Shown one piece after another: positions 62,858-64,000 of a DNA stretch of 64,000 bases; position 1 is the stretch's first letter, and each line of letters begins with the position of its first letter. This DNA is from Perkinsela sp. CCAP 1560/9 (taxonomy: Eukaryota > Protista > Euglenozoa: Kinetoplastea). Under the pieces are notes generated by a model. It did no database searches and was not told the DNA's origin. It was given only the letters and a program-made list of their open reading frames with translations. Made by a program: the position numbers and the translations under genes. The stretch covers positions 124,001 to 188,000 of the forward strand of contig CBFFSA010000006.1 in the NCBI GenBank assembly GCA_965644495.1, in the 5' to 3' direction.

Positions 62858-63588
62858 AAGTGTAACGACCTATGTAAGTGTGCCTACTAAGCATCAAGTA
62901 CATACCGTATACCCCCCCAGTACGAGAGTTTTGGCCCTTTTTGGGCAGACCCCCAGTAAGAGAGATTAGGATCGAAAGCCCCACAGGAAGCGTATAGGGG
63001 GTAGAGGGTGAGTGTCCGCATATCGGGGGCCTCGGGGGTAACCCAAATAAGCGTTTTAACCATAGCTGTAGGATTATTAATAATTCAGTTCGGTAATAAT
63101 AATTATTATTAATAGATTATTAATAATTTATTAATAATTTATTATTGAGCTTTCACACTCAGATTTCTCGCCCTTAATTATGTATAAAACAATATTTTCA
63201 TGCCGAAAAGGAGCATTGATGGGGATCTCCTTATGGAGTCGATGTTGATACTTCGAGCATCATTATCTGCACCTCAACCTACACGGGAAGTAGGATCCTA
63301 CACCTGACGCAGGTAAATGTGCTGTACCAACGGCAACTCCTTATGGAGTGCTGATATCGAGGGCCGGGAAAAGCCAAACTCTGTATTTGTATGATGTGTC
63401 GCAACGAAAATGAGCTTTCTGGATCTCCTGGCGGTCTTCCCTGGTGCTGCCATCATACTGCTGCAAATGACGCCGACCACATGTCTACATGCGAGGGGCT
63501 CCTCATGTGTCACTCACAGCCCCTCGTGTAAATGCATATTGAATTATTAATAATATTAATAATTTGATATTTTGAATAATAATAATTA

Positions 63589-63926
63589 CTGTACCCCCCC
63601 TGCTTATGAGTTCCCCGGTTTTGAGAAAAAGGAACTCATAATCGTACCAGATCAGAATTCGAGCCATAAAAACGCGAAAATTCGGGCCCGCGGCGCGAAG
63701 CGCCACGGGTTTTCCTTGACAATAATACTGGCGCTAAAATGTTTATTCACTCAGTGAGCGAGCCTGCTAGAGCAGGCTGAGTACGGGTGTTGGGGGGTTT
63801 ATGAATTTTTGTTCAGTGCAAAAAAAAGATTGCCTCGCGAAAAGTGGGTACAAAAACATTCGCCTTAGAAAAAGGAACTCATAAGCGCACCAGAATTGGG
63901 GGAACTCATAAGCAGGGGGGGTATAG
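63589..63926. mobile_element. MITE with CT(G/A)TACCCCCCCTGCTTATGAGTTCCCC TIRs and TA TSD
   Basis: Near-perfect ~26-bp TIRs with TA on both sides, and internal GAAAAAGGAACTCATAA repeats. Confidence 0.85.
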
Positions 63927-64000
63927 TATTATTTCGTTCGTGTCGGAGGGCGGAACGGCTTGCTGGAGCTTCACACCCACGTAGGGACTGATAGCTGACT

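Noticed and set aside
63200-63520. Possible retroelement coding relic on the - strand
   Set aside because: It looks coding-like but has no diagnostic motif I can name.
1-64000. tRNA, rRNA or snRNA genes
   Set aside because: No cloverleaf with a T-loop GTTCGA/GTTCAA in proper context and no recognisable rRNA or snRNA conserved blocks were seen by eye.

Overview
Eukaryotic (protist) nuclear DNA. All eleven host-type genes are intronless and on the + strand across 64 kb: mitochondrial carrier, TTLL tubulin glutamylase, Clp1, Miro, a BRCT protein, APC11, DNA pol epsilon subunit B, a 4205-aa tandem-repeat protein, Sof1/DCAF13, a hydratase-like FAH-superfamily protein and a 623-aa hypothetical. 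Several are preceded by pyrimidine-tract/AG motifs. This architecture suggests a kinetoplastid-like polycistronic, trans-spliced gene cluster (inference; possibly an early-branching Perkinsela/bodonid-type lineage). The long intergenic spacers hold a dense, nested set of mobile elements: Tc1/mariner, a Merlin (IS1016/ISXO2-like) element split by a Tc1, an hAT-like element with a 6-bp TSD, CRE-like and HERO-like RLE non-LTR retrotransposon relics, and many TA-flanked MITEs. There is also a hairpin-terminated, TSD-less repeat family that may be rolling-circle (Helentron-like) and is associated with an orphan antisense ORF. Other highlights are a ~37.6 x 297-bp coding array with higher-order structure and a candidate multi-branched structured RNA at ~15.8-16.2 kb. 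All calls come from reading motifs by eye; no searches were run.
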